The notes below the pieces were generated by a model. That model did no database searches and was not told the DNA's origin. It saw only the letters and a list, made by a program, of their open reading frames with translations. Positions 28,047 to 37,027 of a stretch of 64,000 nucleotides of DNA are shown here, one piece after another; positions within the stretch are counted from its first letter, which is position 1, and every line of letters starts with the position of its first letter. This stretch comes from a virus. Its lineage: Duplodnaviria; Caudoviricetes. Made by a program: the position numbers and the translations under genes. The stretch spans positions 1 through 64,000 of IMG/VR virus record IMGVR_UViG_3300013121_000038; one strand, given 5' to 3'.

Positions 28047-29414
28047 ATGATCTTCAAGACTGCCAAACTGTCGGATTCGCTCAAGGGCATCTCCTCATCG
28101 CAGCTCGCGCACATCGGCGGCGGCGCACTGATCGGTGGCGCGAGCAGTGGGTACAGCGCGCATCGCCAGAAGAAGCGGCTGGAGAAGCAGAGGAATCCAT
28201 CTGCCAAGTACGTCAGTCCGCTGACGCATGGCCTTCTCGGGGCAGCGGCCGGAGGTCTTCTCGGACATCAGTTCCATCACGCAGGAACGATGGGCGGCTC
28301 CCGGCAAGCCAAGGTGACGCAGGAGCGGATCCACGACACCATCAAGGAGCAATTCGGCAAGGTCCCCAGCGCCGGTGCGTACACCGCTGGAGGCGCTGCC
28401 ATCGGTGGCATCACAGGCGGCATCGGCGCCTACCGCTCAGCCAAGAAGAAGGAGAAGGAGTACACCAAGCTGAAGCCTGGGAAGGACCCTCGCGGCGCAG
28501 CCGTGTCCGGAGCTGTTCGTGGCGCTCTCGGCGGAGCCATCCTCGGTTCTACGCTCCACAGCGCCAGGACGCTGAATCAGTACGCGAAGGCAGTGAAGGC
28601 CAAGGGCCGAGGCATCAGCCACAACGAGACGGCTCCTTCATGGATCGGGACGGTCTCCACGAGGAAGGGAGCCAAGGACGCCTACCGCGAAGCCTCGAAG
28701 ATGCACCACCCGGACCTCGCAGCGAACGAGACGGATCGCGTCGCCAGGACGAAGAAGTTCCAGCAGGTGTCGGACGAGTGGAAGAAGTACCAGAACTCCA
28801 AGCACTTCCGGAACCTGCCAGAGGAGTACACCGGGACGCGGGCGCTGGCGAAGCCGATGGAGCCGCTGAAGGGGCATCCGACGCCGGCTCCTCCGAAGAA
28901 GAAAGGCTGGGCGTGGAAGCATCTTCGTGGGCGCAAGCTCCGGAGTTTCGCTCATCGGAATCCGGAAGCGGTCGGTGCTGCTGGAGGCGCCATCGGCGGT
29001 GCCGGACTCGGCGCCATCGGCGGTGCCCTCAAGACTCCTGACAAGGATGAGAGCCGTGGCAAGAACGCTCTGAAGGGAGCGGCCGGCGGAGCCGTGCGTG
29101 GGGCAGCTACCGGAGCGATCGGCGGCCACCTCTACAAGGGCGTCCGGGACGTCGTGCGGTTCGGCGGCGCCGAGCAGGCTCGGCACGATGCGAAGCTCAG
29201 GCGGAACAACGTCCGTCGGGACTTCCGCGACGTGATGGAAGACATCCTGTCCGGCAAGGGCAACCGCGAACACCAGACGCGCAAGGGGCTGAAGAAGTTC
29301 TTCCCCAAGGCCACGGGCAAGGGGAAGATCTTCCAGGAGGAGAAACCGAAGTACTCCTCGGCCTTCCTCGCCTTCTCGGATGAGATCCTGCGCATCACTG
29401 AGGTACTGGCGTGA
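28047..29414 (+). CDS. Gly-zipper protein with J-domain and C-terminal FSDEILRI tag
   Basis: Three GxxxG hairpins; AYREASKMHHPD...KKFQQVSDEW. Confidence 0.75.
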   Translation: MIFKTAKLSDSLKGISSSQLAHIGGGALIGGASSGYSAHRQKKRLEKQRNPSAKYVSPLTHGLLGAAAGGLLGHQFHHAGTMGGSRQAKVTQERIHDTIKEQFGKVPSAGAYTAGGAAIGGITGGIGAYRSAKKKEKEYTKLKPGKDPRGAAVSGAVRGALGGAILGSTLHSARTLNQYAKAVKAKGRGISHNETAPSWIGTVSTRKGAKDAYREASKMHHPDLAANETDRVARTKKFQQVSDEWKKYQNSKHFRNLPEEYTGTRALAKPMEPLKGHPTPAPPKKKGWAWKHLRGRKLRSFAHRNPEAVGAAGGAIGGAGLGAIGGALKTPDKDESRGKNALKGAAGGAVRGAATGAIGGHLYKGVRDVVRFGGAEQARHDAKLRRNNVRRDFRDVMEDILSGKGNREHQTRKGLKKFFPKATGKGKIFQEEKPKYSSAFLAFSDEILRITEVLA

Positions 29415-30262
29415 AGCATCCCGCAGAGTACTTCATCAAGTACCTCATCATCCGGCATCCGGACTGGGAAGACGCCCAGATCATGAAGCACGTCCAGGAC
29501 TGGGGCTTCCTCACGCCGGACGACAAGTACCTGCCGTTCCTGCGTCAGACGTTGCCGGCCGTGCCTGAGGACTTCGACCCGATCGACCTCATGCACCGGC
29601 CTTCGCAGATCTACCTCAGGAAGCTCGGCATCCTGGAGCTCTTCCGAAACACGCCAGCGGTGCAGGAGGCCTGGGACGTTCTCTCTCGCCCAGAACAGCG
29701 TCTCGTGGTGGAACAAGTCATCCTCTCTGGCCTCGATCTCAAGGTGACGGCTCAGCGCGTGAACAAGCGTCACGGCTGGTTCCTCACCGAGGAAGGCTTG
29801 ACGGCCTTCCGCCACTTCTTCTGGAACACGAAGCTCCTCACCTTCGACGAGTGGGGCCGCTTCCTCTTCGGACGCTCCGCCCTCTACGAGCGTCACATGG
29901 CGCTGCTCCAGGGAGACCAGCGGGTGGCTCTTCACCACCTCCGCATCGATCAAGGAATCGAGTCGAAGATCATGATCCAGCGGGCGCAGGAGATCGCCTA
30001 CTTCACCATGGAGGAGGTCGACCTGAAGCCTGGTACGGCCCCTGACAAGGTGAAGGCGATCTCCGTCCTGGCCAAGGCTGTGGTCGAATGCCACGAGGCA
30101 CTCTCCACCTCCGACATGGCCCTCAAGGACGTGCTCAAGCAGTTCGAGCGCTTCCGTGTGGAGCACCCGCATCCTTCGCCGCAGGACATCAGGCAGCTCG
30201 CTCCTCTCGGCAACTTCTCCGGTGGTGGCCAGCAGGAGAAGGAGAAGAAGCTCAAGAACTGA
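29411..30262 (+). CDS. Hypothetical protein
   Basis: 283 aa, GTGA overlap, strong codon bias. Confidence 0.75.
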   Translation: MKHPAEYFIKYLIIRHPDWEDAQIMKHVQDWGFLTPDDKYLPFLRQTLPAVPEDFDPIDLMHRPSQIYLRKLGILELFRNTPAVQEAWDVLSRPEQRLVVEQVILSGLDLKVTAQRVNKRHGWFLTEEGLTAFRHFFWNTKLLTFDEWGRFLFGRSALYERHMALLQGDQRVALHHLRIDQGIESKIMIQRAQEIAYFTMEEVDLKPGTAPDKVKAISVLAKAVVECHEALSTSDMALKDVLKQFERFRVEHPHPSPQDIRQLAPLGNFSGGGQQEKEKKLKN

Positions 30263-30264
30263 TC

Positions 30265-31350
30265 ATGAATGCCATGGAGAAGCGGGCCATGTGGAACGGC
30301 TTCTACGACGAGCTCCAGAAGATCGCCGAGACCGGCGCATCCCATGCGATGGCGCAGCGGTACGCCAAGGTGAAGGTCTCCGGGGTGATCTCGGAGACCA
30401 TCGGCGGAGTCGCCGGTGCGATGCTCACCGAGAAGGCCATCAGCAAGTTCCACCCGACTATGGGCCACGGAGCACACCTGGCCGCTCTGACAGCCGGTGC
30501 TATCGGCGGCTCTCTGGTGGCCGAGAAGCTCACCAAGCGCAAGGCTGTGGAGGTACGTCCAGGGACTCCTGGAAGTCCAGAGTACACGGCCGGAAAGGAG
30601 GACCATTCCGGCATGGGTCTCATGGCCGCCTCCTGGTATCTCCAGAAGAACCAGAGCGGGTTCTCGAAGGCTGCCGGGATCGCTCCGTGGGTCTCCCAGC
30701 CACTCACCCACGCAGCCGTCGGCGCTGGTATCGGGGCCGGCGTCGGTGCGTGGCGCTCCAAGCCTGGAGAGCGCGGCAAGGGCGCGTTGAAGGGTGGAGC
30801 CGTCGGCGCGGTCGGAGGTCTGGCAGCCGGTCATGCCTACAAGCGGGTCAAGCGCGGCATCACCGCCAGCAGCATGGCTGCCCAGGAGGCCGGCTACAAG
30901 AACGCGCGAGAAGGGCTGAAGGATCCAGATTCCTGGGCCATCACCCAGAGGGCCAAGGAGATCAAGGACAAGCTCCCGATCTACCCCGGCAAGACCGTGA
31001 CCTCGGAGGTGAAGGACGATCCATACGACAGGGTCGGCGACTCGACCTGGGACAAGCACAAGGGGAAGATCCTCGCCGGACTCGCTCTGGCGACGGCTGC
31101 CGGCGTCGGTGGCAAGCTGCTCTACAACCGCCACAAGTACGGGCCGACTCATTCGGCTCCGACCAACGTCCACACCCCCAAGCCGGCCCCAGCTCCTGCG
31201 GCCGCTCGCGCAGCGGCCGCGCCAAGACCGAAGCCCAAGGCGCGGCCCAAGAAGATCCAGCCGAAGAGACAGGAGCACGCCCCGTTCTCTCGTGGTAGGA
31301 CATGGGAGGCGGGCCGCGAGCGGACCTGGGGCACGCAGGAGGAGTACTGA
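30265..31350 (+). CDS. Tagged (FYDELQKIA) Gly-zipper protein
   Basis: Start MNAMEKRA at 30265; several GxxxG segments and basic linkers. Confidence 0.75.
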   Translation: MNAMEKRAMWNGFYDELQKIAETGASHAMAQRYAKVKVSGVISETIGGVAGAMLTEKAISKFHPTMGHGAHLAALTAGAIGGSLVAEKLTKRKAVEVRPGTPGSPEYTAGKEDHSGMGLMAASWYLQKNQSGFSKAAGIAPWVSQPLTHAAVGAGIGAGVGAWRSKPGERGKGALKGGAVGAVGGLAAGHAYKRVKRGITASSMAAQEAGYKNAREGLKDPDSWAITQRAKEIKDKLPIYPGKTVTSEVKDDPYDRVGDSTWDKHKGKILAGLALATAAGVGGKLLYNRHKYGPTHSAPTNVHTPKPAPAPAAARAAAAPRPKPKARPKKIQPKRQEHAPFSRGRTWEAGRERTWGTQEEY

Positions 31351-31352
31351 CC

Positions 31353-31823
31353 ATGGGCTGGGTGGAGCAGGAGCTAAAGAACCGGAAGAAGCTCGAAGTC
31401 TCCCCGAAGCGGGCCGAGACGTTGAACGAGGTGAAGAAGCAGGTTCACCCCATCATCGTCAAGGAAGCCGCTCAGGGAGACAAGCCGTTCGAGCCCCTGA
31501 AGTTCCAGCCGGTGAAGAGTCCTGGCCTGTTCGAGGCCGAGTTCGCCAAGAAGGACTCCGACCTCATCTTCCACTTCTGGCCGTGGGGACTGCACGAGGC
31601 CGACCGCAACGGACAGCCTCGTCCTCCATTCACCCCGCTCTTCCGCTCAGTCCTGCCAGCCGTGATGTACAAGAGCTTCGGTGCTCGCTTCGTCACGATC
31701 GAGGAGGATCGTGACATGGGCTCCTTCTTCGTCAAGGTGACTGGGTTCGGCGCCAAGCAGTTCTGGCACGACCTCGGTGTGAAGGCTGTGACGGAGCTCC
31801 ATCACAAGCTGGGCGGCGAGTAG
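31353..31823 (+). CDS. Hypothetical protein
   Basis: Start MGWVEQ at 31353 with GGAGG RBS. Confidence 0.7.
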   Translation: MGWVEQELKNRKKLEVSPKRAETLNEVKKQVHPIIVKEAAQGDKPFEPLKFQPVKSPGLFEAEFAKKDSDLIFHFWPWGLHEADRNGQPRPPFTPLFRSVLPAVMYKSFGARFVTIEEDRDMGSFFVKVTGFGAKQFWHDLGVKAVTELHHKLGGE

Positions 31824-32032
31824 TTCGTCATCCGCTGCGCGAGCATGTCGAGCTTGTACCACTGCCTCAACGTCACGAAGTCGTAGGCGCCGAAGCACCG
31901 CTCGCAGAAGGTGCTCGGCATCCGCATCGAGGCGATGATGCGGTATGGGAATTGGAACTGCGCATCACAGACTTGGCACCTGACCAAGACCTGTGGCTCA
32001 GAGGGCTGCTGTGGAACTGGTGCCGGCATCAT
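31802..32032 (-). CDS. Small Zn-finger protein
   Basis: CQVC...CERC. Confidence 0.5.
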   Translation of the reverse strand: MMPAPVPQQPSEPQVLVRCQVCDAQFQFPYRIIASMRMPSTFCERCFGAYDFVTLRQWYKLDMLAQRMTNYSPPSL

Positions 32033-32657
32033 AGATAGGAACCTTCCCGAGTAGATCGCCGCAGTACGAGCGGCGGTGTTGGTAGAAGTCTGGACCAGGG
32101 CCGAAGAGCAGGCCGTGCTTCTTGATCGCGTCCAGATGCGGCTTCGTCAGGTAGCCGGCGTTGTCTTCCCAGTGGTAGTCGAGGCCGAGCTTCTTGAGCT
32201 TGGCGCCCCTCTGGGCCATGACGAGATCTCGCATGACCTTCGCGACGATCGAGGCCGCTGAGACTTCCACGTAGTTCACGTCCGCCTTCGGCTCCACTTG
32301 CTGTTCCCCGTGCCAGGCACGGACCTTGTTCGTCCAGGTCGTGCCGTCGGTGATGAGCAGGTCCGGTACGGTGTGCAGCTCAGCGAGCGCGCGCTTGTAG
32401 CTCTCCTGTAGCGCGAACTTCGGTCCAAGAGAGTCGACTTCCCAGGCTTCTACCGCGCCAAGACCGATGTCGGTGGCGGCGGCGCAGATCTGAAGGTAGA
32501 AAGCCTCCCGCCTTGTTGCTGACAGCTTCTTCGAGTCCGTCACTCCTTTCGGTAGGAACGCCTTGTCGGACTCCTTCATCACGACGACGACCGAAACAAT
32601 AGGGCCTGCTGGACTGCCCCATCCGACCTCGTCGATGCCTCCAACCAGGTGAGACAT
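31998..32657 (-). CDS. rnhB: Ribonuclease HII
   Basis: GIDEVGWG, DSKKLS, ITDG, KAD...SAASIVAKVMRD, GYLT..H. Confidence 0.93.
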   Translation of the reverse strand: MSHLVGGIDEVGWGSPAGPIVSVVVVMKESDKAFLPKGVTDSKKLSATRREAFYLQICAAATDIGLGAVEAWEVDSLGPKFALQESYKRALAELHTVPDLLITDGTTWTNKVRAWHGEQQVEPKADVNYVEVSAASIVAKVMRDLVMAQRGAKLKKLGLDYHWEDNAGYLTKPHLDAIKKHGLLFGPGPDFYQHRRSYCGDLLGKVPIYDAGTSSTAAL

Positions 32658-32673
32658 GAAGAAACCTCCTCCT

Positions 32674-32684
32674 ACTCTTATCCC
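32674..32684 (-). promoter_or_regulatory. Putative early promoter GGGATAAGAGT
   Basis: Matches GG[CG]ATAAGA, immediately before the RBS of RNase HII. Confidence 0.55.
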
Positions 32685-33017
32685 TCAAGGGCTCTCGTTC
32701 TTGGGGTGACCGAGCCTTTCCCTTAAATGAGCGTCCGTGGTGAAGCCCTTCACGAAGGTCTGCTTTGATAAGGGATGAGTCGTCTCCATCAGCTCGACCC
32801 TGCCGCTCAGGGTGGTGCGGTTCTTCCCAGCCCACTTCTGGAACAGGTTCCAGACCTGGACCGCTTGGTTCATGGGGATTGGCTCGGGCCATTTCACCGA
32901 GACGGTGTACACGAGCGCGTTGACGGTGCTCTCGGCGTCTGCGACGATGCTTTGGTCGAGAGCGAGTCCAGTCGAGTCGCAAAAGGAACGAAGCCAGGCA
33001 AGGCCGGGCGGGGTCAT
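32685..33017 (-). CDS. Hypothetical protein
   Basis: 110 aa ORF filling the gap. Confidence 0.55.
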   Translation of the reverse strand: MTPPGLAWLRSFCDSTGLALDQSIVADAESTVNALVYTVSVKWPEPIPMNQAVQVWNLFQKWAGKNRTTLSGRVELMETTHPLSKQTFVKGFTTDAHLRERLGHPKNESP

Positions 33018-33033
33018 GAGAGGATTCTAGCCG

Positions 33034-34836
33034 ATGGAAGTTCTTGCGTACGACACCTATCGCCGCCTCAGCTCCAACGTCGTCATCTCCGAGAGCGGGC
33101 AACCAGAGCTTCGTGAAGAGTGGGACTACGAGGTCGAGCCGGAAGACGACTTCCTCGGCGACGAGGAGCTACAGAGACGTCAGTCGAAGCTCATCGGAGT
33201 GGCGCCGTCTCAGTTCGTGGAGTTCGCCATTCGGATGCCGGACAAGGAGCTCCAGAAGCACGTCCCATTCACCTTCAAACGGCGCGAGTACCTGAAGCTG
33301 CCGTACGACACGCCGGCCAAGCGGACCCTCTACAAGTGCGGTCGCCAGGTCGAGAAGAGCACGCTGCTCGGCAACAAGACGCTGGCCTACTGCTGCATCG
33401 TCAACGCCTTCAACGTCCTCTACGTCTCCCCGACCAACCAGCAGACCAAGGTCTTCTCGACCGACCGTCTCAAGGAGCCGATGGAGACATCGGAGGTCTT
33501 GAAAGCCTGGACCACCTCCAAGCTCTCGGACAACGTCTTCCTCAAGAAGTTCATCAACCGCAGCCAGGTGACGCTGCGCTACGCCTACCACAACGCCGAC
33601 CGCACCCGTGGTATCCCAGCCGACCTCGTCCTCATCGACGAGCTCCAGGACGTCATCACCGACAACATCCCGGTGATCGAGGAGTGCGCTTCGCACTCCC
33701 ACTACAAGCTCTTCATCTACTCCGGTACGCCGAAGACCACCGACAACGCCATCGAGCACTACTGGTCGAACTTCTCCACGCAGAACGAGTGGGTGGTTCC
33801 CTGCGAGCGCCACGGTCTGCCGAAGGATCCCAGCACCTGGTTCTGGAACATCCTCGGCGAGGACAACATCGACGTCGGCGCCGACGGTCCGGTCTGCGCC
33901 AAGTGCCGGCAGCGCATCGAGCCCATGCACCCGCATTCGCAGTGGGCCTCGATGAACGAGAGCGTGAAGCAGAAGCTCAAGGAGTACTACGAGGGCTACC
34001 GCATCCCTCAGCTCATGGTGCCGTGGCTCACCTGGCACGACATCCTCGACAAGTACGTCAAGTTCCCGCGCAGCGTCTTCTACAACGAGGTGCTCGGTCT
34101 CTCGTACGACTCCGGCACGCGTCCGCTCACGCGTCAGGACATCATCGACAACTGCGTCACTGGCGCCTTCATGGACACGACCGGGCTGGCGCAGGTGAAG
34201 GCCAAGCTCGGGATGGCGTCTCCGGTCTACGCCGGCATCGACTGGGGCACAGGCGAGGGTAGCTACACCGTCTTCTCCCTGGGCGCCTACATCAACGACT
34301 TCTTCACCATCTTCTACATCCACCGCTTCGAGGGGCAGGAGATCGAGCCGCCCATCCAGCTCGCGCTCATCGAACAGCTCATCAAGTACTGGGACGTGAA
34401 GCTGGTGGGCTGCGACTACGGCGGCGGCTTCGACCGCAACGACGCCCTGGCACGCACCTTCGGCAAGAACCGCATCGTGCGGTACCAGTACAGCCAGCCA
34501 GGCGTGAAGGTGAAGTGGGAGGACGGCCTCTCCCGCTACCTAGTCCACCGCACTGAGGTGATGAGCGACGTCTTCAACGCCATCAAGCGGCGTGACGTCA
34601 TGCGGTTCCCTGACTTCCAGCAGTTCGAGGATCCATTCGCCAAGGACATGCTGGCGATCTTCTCGGAGTACTCGGAGACGCAGCGCCAGGTGCAGTACAA
34701 GCACGCTCCAGACTCCACCGACGACTCCTTCCACTCCATCCTCTACTGCTTCCTCGCCTCCATGATCCGCCACCCGCGCTTCGACGTCCTCAACCCGACG
34801 CAGAAGACCGGGTACGCGACTCCGGAAGAGGTCTAA
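33034..34836 (+). CDS. terL: Terminase large subunit (GpA-like)
   Basis: KCGRQVEKST (Walker A-like), VLIDELQD (Walker B), SGTP, FYNEVLG, AGIDWG nuclease, DDSFHS. Confidence 0.9.
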   Translation: MEVLAYDTYRRLSSNVVISESGQPELREEWDYEVEPEDDFLGDEELQRRQSKLIGVAPSQFVEFAIRMPDKELQKHVPFTFKRREYLKLPYDTPAKRTLYKCGRQVEKSTLLGNKTLAYCCIVNAFNVLYVSPTNQQTKVFSTDRLKEPMETSEVLKAWTTSKLSDNVFLKKFINRSQVTLRYAYHNADRTRGIPADLVLIDELQDVITDNIPVIEECASHSHYKLFIYSGTPKTTDNAIEHYWSNFSTQNEWVVPCERHGLPKDPSTWFWNILGEDNIDVGADGPVCAKCRQRIEPMHPHSQWASMNESVKQKLKEYYEGYRIPQLMVPWLTWHDILDKYVKFPRSVFYNEVLGLSYDSGTRPLTRQDIIDNCVTGAFMDTTGLAQVKAKLGMASPVYAGIDWGTGEGSYTVFSLGAYINDFFTIFYIHRFEGQEIEPPIQLALIEQLIKYWDVKLVGCDYGGGFDRNDALARTFGKNRIVRYQYSQPGVKVKWEDGLSRYLVHRTEVMSDVFNAIKRRDVMRFPDFQQFEDPFAKDMLAIFSEYSETQRQVQYKHAPDSTDDSFHSILYCFLASMIRHPRFDVLNPTQKTGYATPEEV

Positions 34837-34855
34837 GAAAGAGCGCAGGAATGCA

Positions 34856-34881
34856 GCGGGGACCCGGTACCGGGTCCCCGC
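34856..34881. terminator. Perfect 26-bp palindrome between convergent genes
   Basis: GCGGGGACCCGGTACCGGGTCCCCGC. Confidence 0.65.
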
Positions 34882-34896
34882 CTGGACATCCTGGAG

Positions 34897-35280
34897 CTAC
34901 TTGGTGCCGGTGGCCGGGAGCTTCACGACCTTGCCGCCGGACATCGCGGCCTTCTCGGCGCTGCGGCGCCGGTAGTACTTCACGCCGCGCACGGTGCCGT
35001 AGACCACGCCGGCGATGAGGAGGCCGGAGCCGAGCCCGATCATGTACGGGTGGCGCTCGATGATGGTGGACTTGACCTTGCTCTCACCGAGCTTGGCGGT
35101 GATCTGGTCGGCGGTCGACTGGTCGCCCATCGCCGCTGCGGCCCTGGCGAGACGCCTGGCCTCGGCGGGCGTGACCTTGGTCAGGTGCAGGTCCCACGTC
35201 TTCTCTGCTGGCTTCCCATCGGCACCGACCGCCTGAGGCGGCTGGGTGCCCTGATCAACTGCCACGTTCTGCTGGTTCAT
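34897..35280 (-). CDS. Single-TM hypothetical protein
   Basis: Start MNQQNV at 35280 (GGAG RBS); TM YMIGLGSGLLIAGVVYGTV followed by basic residues. Confidence 0.65.
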   Translation of the reverse strand: MNQQNVAVDQGTQPPQAVGADGKPAEKTWDLHLTKVTPAEARRLARAAAAMGDQSTADQITAKLGESKVKSTIIERHPYMIGLGSGLLIAGVVYGTVRGVKYYRRRSAEKAAMSGGKVVKLPATGTK

Positions 35281-35337
35281 TTGGCTGATTCTCCCATGGG
35301 TTGAAGAGAAACGAAGACCGAAAGTCTTCATCTCATT

Positions 35338-35348
35338 CTTCTTATCCC
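35338..35348 (-). promoter_or_regulatory. Putative early promoter GGGATAAGAAG
   Basis: Matches the motif but overlaps the TAA stop of the upstream gene. Confidence 0.5.
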
Positions 35349-36028
35349 AAGGAAGGGCGACCTTTTGCAGAGAGACGCCTGAGGATGTCCTCACTCGGCG
35401 ACAGAAGCATCATCGACTTGCCGCCGCCGAGCTCCACCCAGGCGACGATGACGGACCTGATCTCCTTCATGCTGATTCGCAGTCGATCGTGGAGCTGTTG
35501 GAGACTCAGGCTGGTAGAGAAGCCTGCCATTCCTTCGACCGAGCGGATCTGCGCCATACAGAGCTCGTAGAACGGGCGCCATGCATCCGTTGCAGAGACG
35601 AAGGAGCCGACGATGTCGAAGAAGACCTCATCCATCTTCTCGTACATGTCTGCCCACATGTTCATCTCATCGACGCTCCAGGTGTTGGCCGTCATGGCGC
35701 GTTCTGCCGCAGCGATCAGACCGGCGGCTTCCTCTCTGGAAGGGCGAAGTGGGACAGCCCCGATACCTGTCGCACGTTTCAGCACTGCGAGGCCCATCTC
35801 CAGCCTCTGCACCCGAGCCGCGAGTTGGTAGAACGTCTTCCTGTTCATCGCTGGCAAGTCAACGCCGATCTCAGTGCGAAGAGCTTCGACGTCGGACTTG
35901 GGGATGACGGTTGATCGGCCTTCCCTCTCACGGCGAAGCATGCCGTTCTTGAGGTAGGTGACGACGGTCCTCTTGGACCGCTTCAACATCTTCGCTGCGG
36001 TGCTGATAGAGACGAAATCGCTTCCCAT
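35342..36028 (-). CDS. HTH (excisionase/MerR-like) DNA-binding protein
   Basis: SISTAAKMLKRSKRTVVTYLKNGML...IPKSDVE. Confidence 0.75.
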   Translation of the reverse strand: MGSDFVSISTAAKMLKRSKRTVVTYLKNGMLRREREGRSTVIPKSDVEALRTEIGVDLPAMNRKTFYQLAARVQRLEMGLAVLKRATGIGAVPLRPSREEAAGLIAAAERAMTANTWSVDEMNMWADMYEKMDEVFFDIVGSFVSATDAWRPFYELCMAQIRSVEGMAGFSTSLSLQQLHDRLRISMKEIRSVIVAWVELGGGKSMMLLSPSEDILRRLSAKGRPSLG

Positions 36029-36057
36029 TTCAGGTGCCTCCCTCTTACGCTAGGCAC
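36022..36057. promoter_or_regulatory. Overlapping divergent promoters with an inverted repeat
   Basis: Plus strand TTCCCA-N18-TACGCT (36022-36051); minus strand GCGTAAGAGG (36041-36050); GTGCCT-N12-AGGCAC (36034-36057). Confidence 0.5.
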
Positions 36058-36082
36058 TAGTCAAGGACGGAGTCTACCACCC

Positions 36083-37027
36083 ATGGCCGATGATCTCTCT
36101 CGTTTCCTCACCTCCGGCGGCGGGCGCCATGCTTCTCTCACGCCCGAGCGGCTGGAGCTCATGGGGAAGGAAGCCGCGACGCTTCTCGTAGAGAAGGGTG
36201 TGCCTCTCAACGAGAGCATCTCGAAGCTCGCCGGCGCAGAAGCCGACATCAACGCCGAACAGGTGAAGAGGGTGGTGGAGTTCGCCAACACCGCCGCCTA
36301 TCTCGCCATGCACGACAAGAACAAGATGGCCGGCGAGGAGTCGAGCTACCCCCAGTTCGAGCTGGCTGACACCAACCGGATCCTCGGAGACCTCTCCGAC
36401 GGCTCCCGCCCAACCCAGATCACCCAGACGGACCTCTCCTACGGCCGCGCGCCGGAGAAGAGGAAGATCTCCAGCCCGAAGCTGGAGGCCGCTCTGGAAG
36501 AGCTCTTCCTCGGCCCGGCCGGGACGGAGAAGCGGGCCAGCCTGGACTTCACTCCGGAAACCGTCACCGACCACATCATGACGACGAAGCAGAACCTCGT
36601 CTCCATGCGCTCCCACCTGGAGTCCTCGGGCGAGCAGCTCGACCTTCTCCGGAAGGAAGCGGATGCCGAGTACTACGACGCCGTGAAGCGTCATCTTCTG
36701 GACGGCGGCAGCTTCGTGGACGTGGTGCGCGGCGCCGCAGAGGTCTTCGACGACTACGACCTCATGAAGGAGGCCATGGTTCCGTACGTCGCGCGCCTCT
36801 TCAAGGAGAAGGTCGCGCAGCCAGAGGCCCTCTTCCACCAGCTCCAGAGCCTGGAGAAGGTGGCCCACCGAGAGGTCCACAAGGACCACCCATTCGTGGC
36901 TGGTCTCGGCGCCATCGTCGCGCTCGACGAGGAGATCACCAAGGTGGCGTCGGCCCTCGGCGAGGTGGATGCCAGCCTCGCCCGGGTGAAGACCGCCATC
37001 CGGGAGGAGTTCCTTGCTCGTCCGTGA
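36083..37027 (+). CDS. Putative prohead core protein
   Basis: 314 aa, helical; EKRAS, EKVAH, TKVASA; first gene of the head operon. Confidence 0.7.
   Translation: MADDLSRFLTSGGGRHASLTPERLELMGKEAATLLVEKGVPLNESISKLAGAEADINAEQVKRVVEFANTAAYLAMHDKNKMAGEESSYPQFELADTNRILGDLSDGSRPTQITQTDLSYGRAPEKRKISSPKLEAALEELFLGPAGTEKRASLDFTPETVTDHIMTTKQNLVSMRSHLESSGEQLDLLRKEADAEYYDAVKRHLLDGGSFVDVVRGAAEVFDDYDLMKEAMVPYVARLFKEKVAQPEALFHQLQSLEKVAHREVHKDHPFVAGLGAIVALDEEITKVASALGEVDASLARVKTAIREEFLARP

Noticed and set aside
2337-34836. Inteins or introns in the helicase, RNAP or terminase
   Set aside because: Conserved motifs follow at normal or shortened spacing, with no intein end motifs or homing endonuclease seen.
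35342-36028. Excisionase indicating lysogeny
   Set aside because: Only a generic HTH is present, with no integrase or att site in the window.
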